Assembly (NCBI GenBank): GCA_963809485.1
Contig: CAWEJX010000005.1
Coordinates: 43,425-107,424 of the forward strand
DNA: 64,000 nt
From: an uncultured Acidobacteriota bacterium
Lineage (GTDB): Bacteria; Acidobacteriota; UBA6911
Direction of reading: 5' to 3'
Position 1 is the stretch's first letter. Every line of letters starts with the position of its first letter. The notes under the pieces were generated by a model. The model did not search any database, had not been told where the DNA came from, and saw nothing but the letters and a program-made list of their open reading frames with translations. This document shows positions 9,866-18,826 of this stretch, piece after piece. A program made the translations under genes and the position numbers.

Positions 9866-11782
9866 ATGAAAGAATTAACTCAGAGCCTCCGCCTGTCTCC
9901 GAGTGAAATCCCCAACCGCATTTATGGAGTGGACAACTGGAGCGGAGGATATTTCGGAGTCAGCGAGCAGGGCTGCCTTACCGTCCACCCCACTCGAAAT
10001 CCGCTCATGGGCGTCGAACTCACCTCCCTGATCCAGACGCTTCTCCAGCGCAAAGTCACGCCGCCTTTCCTGCTGCGCTTCCCCCAGATCCTGGACACGC
10101 AAATCAAGGAACTGCACGAGGCTTTCCGCAACTCCATCGCGGAATACAACTACGGGGCGCGTCACCGGGGCGTCTTTCCCATGAAGGTGAACCAGAAGAA
10201 GAGCGTGGTGGAACGCCTGATGGCCGCCGGACACCGCTATGAATACGGGCTCGAGGTCGGCACCAAGGCGGAACTGGCCGCCGCGATCACTCTCCCGATC
10301 CATCCCAACGCGCTGCTGATCTGCAACGGCGTCAAGGACCGCCGCTATCTGGAATGGGCGATGCTGTCGGCGAAGATCGGGAAAAACCCGGTCGTGGTCA
10401 TTGAGGAAGTCGGCGACCTGAAGAAGGTCGAAGAAGTCGCCCACGCGCTCGGGCTGCGCCCCAACCTGGGGATACGCGTCCGGGTGTTTTCCCGCGGCGC
10501 CGGGAAATGGGAGGAGTCCGGAGGAGAAACCTCGAAGTTCGGCATCAACACCATTCAGCTGCTCGATTGCCTGCGCATGGCTTCCGATCATGAGATGGCG
10601 CGCCAGATCAAGATGCTGCACTTCCATATCGGTTCCCAGATCACCGACATACGCAGGATCAAGAACGCGATCAAGGAAGCCGCCCGCGTCTATGCCAAAG
10701 TGCATAAAATGGGCTTCCCGATCGAATACCTCAATGTCGGCGGGGGACTCGGCGTCGATTACGACGGCAGCCGCACCGCTTCGGATTGCAGCGTCAACTA
10801 CACCATGCAGGAGTTTGCCAACGACATCGTTTATACCATCAACGAAATCTGCCAGTCCGAAAACGTCCCTCCGCCCACCATCGTGACGGAGAGCGGCCGC
10901 GCCGTCGCCGCCCATCACGCGCTGTTTCTCATGAACGTGATCCGGACCCTGAATCCCGGCCTGGGCGGATCCGAAATCGACCCGTCCAAGGTCGACTCCG
11001 AGGTGGTCCGGGAAATGATGGACCTGTACAAGGACATCCATCCCAAAAATTTCCGCGAGTACTACCACGATGCCCTGCAGCACCGCGAGGAGCTTCAGTC
11101 GCTTTTCAACCTGGGGTACCTGAACCTGCAGAACCGCGCCCAGGGGGAATGGCTTTTCTGGGAAATTTGCCGCAAGGCGATCAAATTCTCCCGGTCCATG
11201 AAAGAGCGCCCGGAGGAATTCATCGACCTGGAAAATATCCTGGCCAGCAAATACCTCTGCAACTTTTCGGTTTTCCAGTCGACCCCGGACAGCTGGGCGC
11301 TGGACCAGCTCTTTCCCATCATACCCATCAACCGACTGACGGAAGAGCCGACCGAGCGAGCCACGCTCTGCGACATCACCTGCGATTCCGACGGCCAGAT
11401 CGACAAATTCGTCGACCTGCGCGACGTCAAACAGGCCCTGGAGCTACACGGCGTGAACTCGGAGCCCTATTACCTGGCCATCTTCCTGATCGGCGCCTAC
11501 CAGGAATCCCTGGGGATGAACCACAACCTGCTGGGTTCCGTCAATGAGGCCCATTTTCTGATTGACGATGCCGGCCGCCCGCACATCGACAAGGTGATCC
11601 GCGGGGAATCCCTGGGACAGGTCCTGGCAAGCGCCGGCTACAATGCCCAGGAACTCATGGAAAACTTTAAGGGATTGCTGCAAAGTGCGAATGCACAAGA
11701 GAAAATCGCCAGTGCAGAACAGGAAAGCCTCAGCGATTCATTCCAGTCCACGCTCGACAGCTACACTTATCTTGAAGATTAA
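9866..11782 (+). CDS. speA: Biosynthetic arginine decarboxylase
   Basis: FPMKVNQ, LHFHIGSQI, GGGLGVDYDG, TESGRA, DITCDSDG. Confidence 0.97.
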   Translation: MKELTQSLRLSPSEIPNRIYGVDNWSGGYFGVSEQGCLTVHPTRNPLMGVELTSLIQTLLQRKVTPPFLLRFPQILDTQIKELHEAFRNSIAEYNYGARHRGVFPMKVNQKKSVVERLMAAGHRYEYGLEVGTKAELAAAITLPIHPNALLICNGVKDRRYLEWAMLSAKIGKNPVVVIEEVGDLKKVEEVAHALGLRPNLGIRVRVFSRGAGKWEESGGETSKFGINTIQLLDCLRMASDHEMARQIKMLHFHIGSQITDIRRIKNAIKEAARVYAKVHKMGFPIEYLNVGGGLGVDYDGSRTASDCSVNYTMQEFANDIVYTINEICQSENVPPPTIVTESGRAVAAHHALFLMNVIRTLNPGLGGSEIDPSKVDSEVVREMMDLYKDIHPKNFREYYHDALQHREELQSLFNLGYLNLQNRAQGEWLFWEICRKAIKFSRSMKERPEEFIDLENILASKYLCNFSVFQSTPDSWALDQLFPIIPINRLTEEPTERATLCDITCDSDGQIDKFVDLRDVKQALELHGVNSEPYYLAIFLIGAYQESLGMNHNLLGSVNEAHFLIDDAGRPHIDKVIRGESLGQVLASAGYNAQELMENFKGLLQSANAQEKIASAEQESLSDSFQSTLDSYTYLED

Positions 11783-11821
11783 ACGTTGGAGCGTTTGCAC
11801 GTTGCACGTGACATCCTTCTT

Positions 11822-12224
11822 TAATTCCATTGGTACACACCAGGCTCTGCCGGGCGACTCATGGAGTTTGACAGCTCCGTGTTTTGAAACGCTGAGATAC
11901 GCTGACAAAAGCGCCGACAAACGCCGATTTGTTCGGCGAAGGTCGGCGAGCAAAAGCCGATGAGGCGCTTCCGATAGAGTTTTCTGCGGCGGCACTGTGG
12001 CAAGCGCCGTGCGACAAGGAGATGGAGGGTCTTAGAAAGCGGGCGTTTGCCACAGTGCCGCCGCAGAAAACTGTCCAGCGCGGAGCGCTGGCCCTTGCGG
12101 GGATCGGAAGCGCCTCATCGGCTTTTGCCCGCGTAAGTCAGCGTTCAAGACCGGCGGAACTCATCCAACCGCTTTGAGCGGTCCAAATTTTTCAAGCCTC
12201 CAGCTTCGCCGGAGGTGCCTGACT
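11822..12224 (+). mobile_element. Family A element, full form with innermost 43 bp inverted
   Basis: Same ends and IR layers as 3272-3673; 12004-12046 matches the reverse complement of 3453-3495. Confidence 0.85.
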
Positions 12225-12244
12225 AATGCTCCACTTTCCACGCT

Positions 12245-13630
12245 TCAGCTATGTATGCGTTTGCGGAACGACCGGAGCGACCGGCGGATTGCAGACGGAG
12301 CGGTGCCGCCGGGTTCTTTGCGGCGCGACAGGGCTTTCTCGAGTTTCAGCCATTCGAAAAGATCGCCTTCGAATAGCGGGGAGAAGCTCTGGTATTCCCG
12401 GAGCGGCAGTTGCTCCAGGGCGGTTTCCAGTTCGGAAGCCCTCATCACGACTTTTCCAACCAGCCGGTGCGCTTCGCGGAATGGCATTTTCCGGGAGACC
12501 AGGTAATCGGCCAAATCGGTCGCGTTCAAATAGCCCCGCAAGGCTGCTTCCTGCATACGTTCCGGCGCAATGCGCATCTTTTCAAGGACTCGCCCGATCA
12601 TCTGCAGGCAATTCTCGACCGTGACGACGGTGTCGAAGAGGCCTTCCTTGTCCTCCTGGAGATCTTTGTTATAGGTCATCGGCAGGCCTTTCAGCACGGT
12701 CAGGAGGGAAAGCAGATGTCCGAAAACCCTGCCGGCCTTACCGCGCACCAGTTCGAGCGCATCCGGATTCTTCTTTTGCGGCATAAGGCTGCTGCCGGAT
12801 GAGACGCTGTCGTCCATCTGCACGAAGCCGAACTCGGCGGAACTGTACAGGACCAGGTCCTCGGACAGGCGGCTGAGGTGCATGAGAAGGGTGCTGGCGA
12901 AAAAAAGAAAATCGAGGACAAAATCGCGGTCGGCGACCGCGTCCATGCTGTTGGGGGCAGCGGAGGAAAAACCGAGGTCGCGGGCAAGCGCGATGCGGTC
13001 CACGGCGTACACCGTGCCGGACAGCGCTCCGGCTCCCAGCGGGCAGACGTCGATTCGTTCGAGAGCTTCCCTCAGCCTTACGCGGTCGCGCATCAGCATC
13101 TCCCCGAAAGCGAGGAGGTAGTGGGAGAAATAGACCGGCTGCGCGCGCTGCAGATGCGTGTATCCGGGCAGGATCACGGAAAAATATTTTTCTGCGAGAT
13201 TCGCCAGCGTCTCCAGCAGGCCGCGGATCAGGGTGTCAATTCCAATTTCCTTTTGTTTGAGGTAAAGGCGCAGGTCGGCGGCCACCTGATCGTTGCGGCT
13301 CCGGCCGGTATGGAGTTTCCGGGCGAGGACGCCGGTTTTTTGCGCCAGAGCCTCTTCCACGTATGTGTGGACGTCCTCCGCCTGGCTGCGGCCGATCATG
13401 TCCGGGTCGCGGCGGTTCTGCTCGAGCAGGAGGCGCAGCCCTTTTTCCACGCTCATCCTTTCCCTGCGCGTGAACACGCCCGCGCGTTCCAGCGCCCGCG
13501 CGTAGGCAAGGCTTCCCTCGATGTCCGCTTCCAGAAGAACGCGGTCGAAGGGCAGGGAATCGTTGAATCTGGCGAAAAGCGGATCCTCCTCCGAGGCAAA
13601 ACGTCCTCCCCAAAGCTTTTTCCTGGACAA
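12245..13630 (-). CDS. argH: Argininosuccinate lyase
   Basis: KLWGGRF, HTGRSRNDQ, GYTHLQRAQP, GSSLMPQKKNPD; TTG start after AGGAGG. Confidence 0.96.
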   Translation of the reverse strand: MSRKKLWGGRFASEEDPLFARFNDSLPFDRVLLEADIEGSLAYARALERAGVFTRRERMSVEKGLRLLLEQNRRDPDMIGRSQAEDVHTYVEEALAQKTGVLARKLHTGRSRNDQVAADLRLYLKQKEIGIDTLIRGLLETLANLAEKYFSVILPGYTHLQRAQPVYFSHYLLAFGEMLMRDRVRLREALERIDVCPLGAGALSGTVYAVDRIALARDLGFSSAAPNSMDAVADRDFVLDFLFFASTLLMHLSRLSEDLVLYSSAEFGFVQMDDSVSSGSSLMPQKKNPDALELVRGKAGRVFGHLLSLLTVLKGLPMTYNKDLQEDKEGLFDTVVTVENCLQMIGRVLEKMRIAPERMQEAALRGYLNATDLADYLVSRKMPFREAHRLVGKVVMRASELETALEQLPLREYQSFSPLFEGDLFEWLKLEKALSRRKEPGGTAPSAIRRSLRSFRKRIHS

Positions 13631-13742
13631 GCTCACCTCCTGTGAAACGACGATTCTTGCAGATTTGTGCAACTCCGACAATGGTTTTTGATGGTAATGG
13701 GCTCGGATCCTGTTTCGCGTGCTGGCCAGATCAATGAGAGAG

Positions 13743-13831
13743 GAACGTTGAACGTTTGCACGTTGAACGTTTTCACGTTCCACCTTCCACGTTCAACGTT
13801 CAAACGTTTAACGTGCTAACGCGTCAACGTT
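13743..13831. repeat. Family D array overlapping the stop of the sigma-54 activator
   Basis: aacgttg aacgtttg cacgttg aacgtttt cacgttc caccttc cacgttc aacgttca aacgttt. Confidence 0.85.
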
Positions 13832-15257
13832 CTTCGGCTTCGTCTTCGCTTGCGGAATGGGCTTCCATGCCCATGCGGCGCAGTTTTTCGACGAAGGTCG
13901 TGCGCTTGAGGTGAAGGAGCGAGGCTGCCTTCTTTTTATTTCCGCCCGAAATCTGGAGGCTTTGAAGGATCAGCTGTTTTTCGAGTTGGGAAATCATGGT
14001 GTTGAAATGGATGCCGTCGTTAGGAATGTCGAAGCCGTGAAAGGGCGCCGCCTTGTCGGAGGGTCTGGCCACCACGGGAAAATCCCCGGCATCCAGCACA
14101 TCCCTTTCCCCGGACAGGGCCACGGCCATTTCGACGGAATTCTCCAGCTGGCGGACGTTTCCCGGCCAGTCGTACATCATCAGGTACTTCACGGCGTCGT
14201 GAGACACGCGCTTGAGGGGAAGCTTCTGGTCGGTGCAGTATTTGCGCACAAAGTGGCTGACCAGCAGGGGAATGTCCTCCCGCCTCTGCCTCAGCGGCAG
14301 AACCCGTACCGGTATGACGTTCAGGCGGTAATAAAGGTCTTCCCGGAAGGTGCCTTTCTCGACGGCAGCGAGAAGGTCGCCGTTGGTCGCCGCGATGATG
14401 CGGACGTCCACCTTGACGGTGGCGGCGCTGCCGACTCTCTGGAATTCCCGCTCCTGGAGCACGCGCAGCAGCTTCACCTGAAGATCCGCCGGCATATTGG
14501 ACACTTCGTCCAGGAACAACGTTCCGTGGTTGGCCTGCTCAAACCTTCCGATCCTGTGCTGGTGGGCGCTGGTGAAGGCCCCTTTGACATGGCCGAACAG
14601 CTCATCTTCGAGCAGGTTGGACGGGATGGCGCCGCAGTTCACGCATACCAGGGGCTGATCCTTCCGGGGCCCGTTGTAATGAATGGCCCGCGCTATCAGC
14701 TCCTTGCCGGTCCCTGTTTCTCCTTCGATCAGGACGGTGCTGGTCTTCTGGGCCACAACCTCGATCAGGCGGTAGATGTTCTGCATCGCCGTGCTGGCGC
14801 CCACGATGTTGGAATAATGATATCGGTCGCGCAATTCGTCCCGCAGCATGCGGTTCTCGGATTTGAGGCGGCGCTCCGCGAGACCCTTTTCCACCCGCAT
14901 AACCAGTTCGGCGAGCTGGAAAGGTTTGGGGATGTAATCGAAGGCCCCTTTGCGGATGGCCTCGACGGCGGACTGGATATTTCCGAACCCCGTCATCACG
15001 ATGACAACCGTCTCGGGGAAGAGCGATACAGCCTCCTCCAGGATCGCCTCGCCGGTTAATCCTGGCATGCGCAAATCGGTGATGATGACGTTGTAGGGGA
15101 ACTGCCGGAGCATCGCGAGAGCCATTTTCCCATCTGCCGCCTCCTCGACTTCATAGCCCGCGTTTTCGAGAGCCCGGCGGACCACCTCCCGTATGTAGTC
15201 CTCATCATCTACAACAAGGATCTTCATGTCCCTTTTAGGTTCCATTTTTTGGCTCAA
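13824..15257 (-). CDS. Sigma-54-dependent response regulator (REC-AAA+-HTH), FleQ/FlrA-like
   Basis: ILVVDDE...ITDLRMP; GETGTGKE; ELFGHVKGAFTSA; HTH ending LKRTTFVEKLRR resembles FleQ RRTTLVEKMRK; start uncertain (15257/15245/15227). Confidence 0.9.
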   Translation of the reverse strand: MSQKMEPKRDMKILVVDDEDYIREVVRRALENAGYEVEEAADGKMALAMLRQFPYNVIITDLRMPGLTGEAILEEAVSLFPETVVIVMTGFGNIQSAVEAIRKGAFDYIPKPFQLAELVMRVEKGLAERRLKSENRMLRDELRDRYHYSNIVGASTAMQNIYRLIEVVAQKTSTVLIEGETGTGKELIARAIHYNGPRKDQPLVCVNCGAIPSNLLEDELFGHVKGAFTSAHQHRIGRFEQANHGTLFLDEVSNMPADLQVKLLRVLQEREFQRVGSAATVKVDVRIIAATNGDLLAAVEKGTFREDLYYRLNVIPVRVLPLRQRREDIPLLVSHFVRKYCTDQKLPLKRVSHDAVKYLMMYDWPGNVRQLENSVEMAVALSGERDVLDAGDFPVVARPSDKAAPFHGFDIPNDGIHFNTMISQLEKQLILQSLQISGGNKKKAASLLHLKRTTFVEKLRRMGMEAHSASEDEAEER

Positions 15258-15834
15258 AATGTCTGGCGGATTAAAGGCCGTTAATGATCAGCTATGCAAC
15301 TGCAAATTCAGGGTTTTTATATATCTCATATTATTCACATTTGTCAATCCCTGTTTGTTGTGGAAAAGCTGTGGAAAACCTGTCAATAACCGGTGAAAAA
15401 GGCCAATTTTACCCAAATATTGTCACCGCCTCTCCGATGGCAAAATCCCCAGCGTCAAAAAACCGATACCGTAAAAATAAATAGAATCTAGTGAGGGCGG
15501 ATCTTTTTTTAACGCTGATGGACGCCGATAGACGCTGACGTACGCTGAAAAATCAGAAAGCAAAGCCGCCCGATTAAGGCCTCGACAGTCGAAAAGTGTC
15601 GGAATTTTGGCGCCCGTGTCAGGAGAACTGTCATAAAAGGGCGCCATCCGGCTTCTGCAAAGCCCTCTGAAGGTCCGCTGCGCGAACCGGTCTGAATAAA
15701 ATTTGCCCCGATGCCGGTGGGGCGCCTGCAACGTCAGCGCCCTTTATTTACAGGCTCCCGCGCGTTTTCTGCCGATCCGCGGGGGCGGCCAAAACCGGCC
15801 TCTTTGCCGTCCGGGACGCCCCAAATGGCCGCAT

Positions 15835-15850
15835 TGGCATACCGATTGCA
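15835..15850 (+). promoter_or_regulatory. Sigma-54 (-24/-12) promoter
   Basis: TGGCATACCGATTGCA, exact GG-N10-GC spacing, about 50 bp upstream of the flhA-like ORF and divergent from a sigma-54 activator. Confidence 0.8.
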
Positions 15851-15898
15851 ATTCATGTCTCCGAACACCAACGACAGGGTGGGGAGATTCTGAAAGCA

Positions 15899-16267
15899 AT
15901 GAGAGTTGCAGAAAATTCCGCAGTTTCCAGCAGATTGACAATCTACCGTAGCCTCCACTCGGTTGTCCCCATGGGATTGATGGGAATCCTGTTTGTCATG
16001 GCGCTGCCCATGCCTGCCATGACAAAGAATCTTCTGATCGGAGCAGTGATCGCGCTTTCCATCCCTGTCGTGCCGGTGTTCAAGGCTCCTCTGCAACCCT
16101 TTCAACTAACAGGATTCCCATCTCTCCTCCTCACAACCGGACATCGGCCGGCAATGAATACCGCAATCCTATCCCCTATCGTGATGCTTCCCGACCATCA
16201 AAACCTATCCCAGGCTGTGCGCGGCCGGTCACTCTGCGCACAAACCTTACAGGAATCCTCTTTATGA
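15899..16267 (+). pseudogene. Decayed, truncated flhA N-terminal remnant
   Basis: VVPMGLMGILFVMALPMPAMTKNLLIGAVIALSI...LQPFQLTGFPSLLLTT resembles FlhA TM1-TM3 (..MILPLP..LD......LS.......P..FS.FP.LLL.T); 122 aa versus about 690; directly upstream of flhG. Confidence 0.7.
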
Positions 16268-17172
16268 CATCACCATATCATTTGGGCGGCGCCGCGGGCA
16301 GTCAGCAGTCGAAAACGCGCAGGACCGGCATCCTGAACGGCGACAAAGTTCTGGCCGGAAATCAGCCGCGCGGCCCCAGGGTTATCGCCGTGACCAGCGG
16401 CAAGGGAGGCGTCGGCAAAACCAATGTGGTTGCGAATCTTTCAGTCAGCCTCGCGGAGCTGGGCAAAAAGGTCGTGGTCCTGGACGCGGATTTCGGCCTG
16501 GCCAACCTCGATGTGCTGCTCGGATTGACTCCCCGCTATCACCTCGGCCATGTGCTTTTCGGCGACAGGAGCCTGGAGGAAGTCATGCTTCCGGGACCCA
16601 AAGGCATACGCATCATTCCGGCGAGTTCCGGGCTTCAGCGCATGTCGGAACTGACCCTGGCTCAGCGCAACCAGCTCGTGGAAAGCTTCACCAGCCTGGA
16701 TACGGACACGGACTATTTCATCATCGACACCGCGGCGGGAATTTCGCGCAACGTGATTCACTTCCTGATCGCCGCGCAGGAAATCATCGTGGTCAGCGCT
16801 CCCGAGCCCACAGCCATCGTCGATGCCTATGCCGTCATCAAAATCATTCTCGCGGAAGACCGCAAAAAGCAGATACAGGTCCTTATCAATTCGGTGGAGC
16901 GCGCCCAGGACGCCCAGGACGTGTTCTGCCAGATAAACTCGGTGGTCCAACGCTTCCTCAACCGGGAAGTCGACTACTTCGGGCACATCGAATGGGACCT
17001 GCATGTGCCCAAAGCCGTTCGGACCCAGACCGTGGTCACCGAGCGCTATCCGGAGGCGGCGGCAAGCCGCTGTTTCCGCGATCTGGCGCAGCGCATGGTG
17101 CTGCGTGAAACTCCCGAGGGATCTTACGAAAGACTGGTTTGGGAAAAGCTTCTCAACGATTGGATCAACTGA
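16264..17172 (+). CDS. flhG: MinD/ParA family ATPase FlhG/FleN
   Basis: VIAVTSGKGGVGKT, LDADFGLANLDVLLG, IIDTAAGIS, PEPTAIVDAYA. Confidence 0.9.
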   Translation: MTSPYHLGGAAGSQQSKTRRTGILNGDKVLAGNQPRGPRVIAVTSGKGGVGKTNVVANLSVSLAELGKKVVVLDADFGLANLDVLLGLTPRYHLGHVLFGDRSLEEVMLPGPKGIRIIPASSGLQRMSELTLAQRNQLVESFTSLDTDTDYFIIDTAAGISRNVIHFLIAAQEIIVVSAPEPTAIVDAYAVIKIILAEDRKKQIQVLINSVERAQDAQDVFCQINSVVQRFLNREVDYFGHIEWDLHVPKAVRTQTVVTERYPEAAASRCFRDLAQRMVLRETPEGSYERLVWEKLLNDWIN

Positions 17173-17195
17173 CACGACCGGGAGACCGGAGCGCG

Positions 17196-17423
17196 ATGAA
17201 GAACGCCAATGCACGGGAAAAAGCAAAATCCTTCCGATCGGCCGGGGCCGTTCCTCACACGCTCTTCACTTTGAAGGAAACAGATCCCTTCCCGTCCGGA
17301 GAAGGGGATTCCCAGGCATTGCCCGCAACGTTCAGCTTCGGCGCCGGGCAGTGCGAATGTCCACTACTGAAGGCTCGAATAGCGACCATGGCTCCATCGG
17401 ACATGGTCCAGCCGATTGAATAG
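17196..17423 (+). CDS. Possible small hypothetical protein
   Basis: 75-aa ORF with upstream GGAG filling the flhG-fliA gap; no motif recognised. Confidence 0.25.
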   Translation: MKNANAREKAKSFRSAGAVPHTLFTLKETDPFPSGEGDSQALPATFSFGAGQCECPLLKARIATMAPSDMVQPIE

Positions 17424-17471
17424 CCTGCAGGGCGGCCTGTCGAGGGCCGGACTGCGCATGAGGAAATAAAA

Positions 17472-18239
17472 ATGCAGGAACTCGTAAGCCGCGAAAAAGC
17501 CTATGCCCCTGTTATTCCCCTGGATATCAAAAGGGATGAACTGATCCTGGAGCATCTTCCTCAGATCAAGTACATCGCCCAGCGGATATCCACCAAGCTC
17601 CCTTCCCATGTTGAACTGAATGATCTCGTGAGCGCCGGCATTTTGGGATTACTGGACGCCATCGAAAAATTTGATCCTCACCGCGGCGTGAAATTCAAAA
17701 CCTACGCCGAGCTGCGCATCAAAGGCGCAATTCTGGACAGCCTCCGCAACCTGGACTGGGCTCCGCGGTCCCTGCGCAAGAAGAGCAAGGACCTGGAAAA
17801 GATTTATCGGGAACTCGAGCAGCGCCTGGGCCGGCCTGCCACCGACAAGGAAGTCTGCGATGCGATGGAAATCTCGCTCCAGGAATTCTACGAACTGGTG
17901 GACCAGATCAAAGGGTTGAACCTCGGCAGCTTCCAGGAGCTTGCCGGTCAGGACGACGACAAAAACAGCGAGCCCCTTGTCAAGTATGTCCCGGACGCCC
18001 CTCAAATGGACCCTTTCTTCGTATTTCACAAAACGGAGGTCCAGGGCATCCTCAGCACCGCCATCGACACGTTGCCCAAAAAAGAGCGCCTGGTGGTTTC
18101 GCTCTACTACTTTGACGAAATGACCATGAAGGAGATCGGCAAAGTCCTGGGCGTCAATGAATCCCGTGTTTCCCAGCTTCACACCAAGGCCATGCTCAGG
18201 CTTCGCACGAAGCTCCGGCGAGTGAGCGGACAGGAATAG
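17472..18239 (+). CDS. fliA: FliA/WhiG family sigma-28 factor
   Basis: DLVSAGILGLLDAIEKFD, FKTYAELRIKGAILDSLR, KEIGKVLGVNESRVSQLH. Confidence 0.95.
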   Translation: MQELVSREKAYAPVIPLDIKRDELILEHLPQIKYIAQRISTKLPSHVELNDLVSAGILGLLDAIEKFDPHRGVKFKTYAELRIKGAILDSLRNLDWAPRSLRKKSKDLEKIYRELEQRLGRPATDKEVCDAMEISLQEFYELVDQIKGLNLGSFQELAGQDDDKNSEPLVKYVPDAPQMDPFFVFHKTEVQGILSTAIDTLPKKERLVVSLYYFDEMTMKEIGKVLGVNESRVSQLHTKAMLRLRTKLRRVSGQE

Positions 18240-18437
18240 ATGGCCGACATGCAGACGATGAGAGAACTGCTTTCGCGGGAAGAACTGGAAGCCCTCCTTT
18301 CGGAGCCGCCTTTTGACGGCTGTCAGCGGCGCAATCCGAAAGCTGATTCCGGTTCGCTGTGCCAAACATCAGAAAGTCCGGGGGAGAGCGATGGCTCGGA
18401 AAAGCTCCCTTCCCCGCATGAGGTGGAAAAACCATAG
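18240..18437 (+). CDS. Small ORF with FliM/FliY-like N-terminal peptide (possible remnant)
   Basis: ATG immediately follows the fliA stop; LLSREELEALL resembles the LSQxEIDALL CheY-P-binding peptide. Confidence 0.45.
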   Translation: MADMQTMRELLSREELEALLSEPPFDGCQRRNPKADSGSLCQTSESPGESDGSEKLPSPHEVEKP

Positions 18438-18826
18438 GGGATTCGGTCCGGCCGGCAGAGTGCCGCAGGCCAATGGTATGCCGAAGCTCCCCATAAAGAC
18501 CGAATGAGATTTTATGAAGCAAGCTTCGAATTCTCTCCTCACCCTTTGCCCAATCCCTTCAAAGGAGATGCCGTCCGCTCCGGCCCGGAATCTGGAATTG
18601 GCCGGCGCAGACGGCTGCTGCTTTCCCCCATCTGCATTTTTCGGAAGGCTGCTCGAAAAGGATTTTCATGCTTTCCGAACCGTTTGTACCCCCTGCAGGA
18701 CTGTTTCTGCATCAGGTTGGGTGAGGGGAGGATCCGGAGCTTGCACATTATATTGGTGAGGACGGGTTTGCGGACCCGTCCGGCGCGGTTATGGCCTTCA
18801 GGACCGGAGCGCGGGACCGGGCAGGT

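Noticed and set aside
15381-15645. FleQ-box-like enhancer sites (GTCA/GTCG plus A-rich)
   Set aside because: Several half-sites but no clean GTCA-N6-TGAC palindrome; too weak to call by eye.
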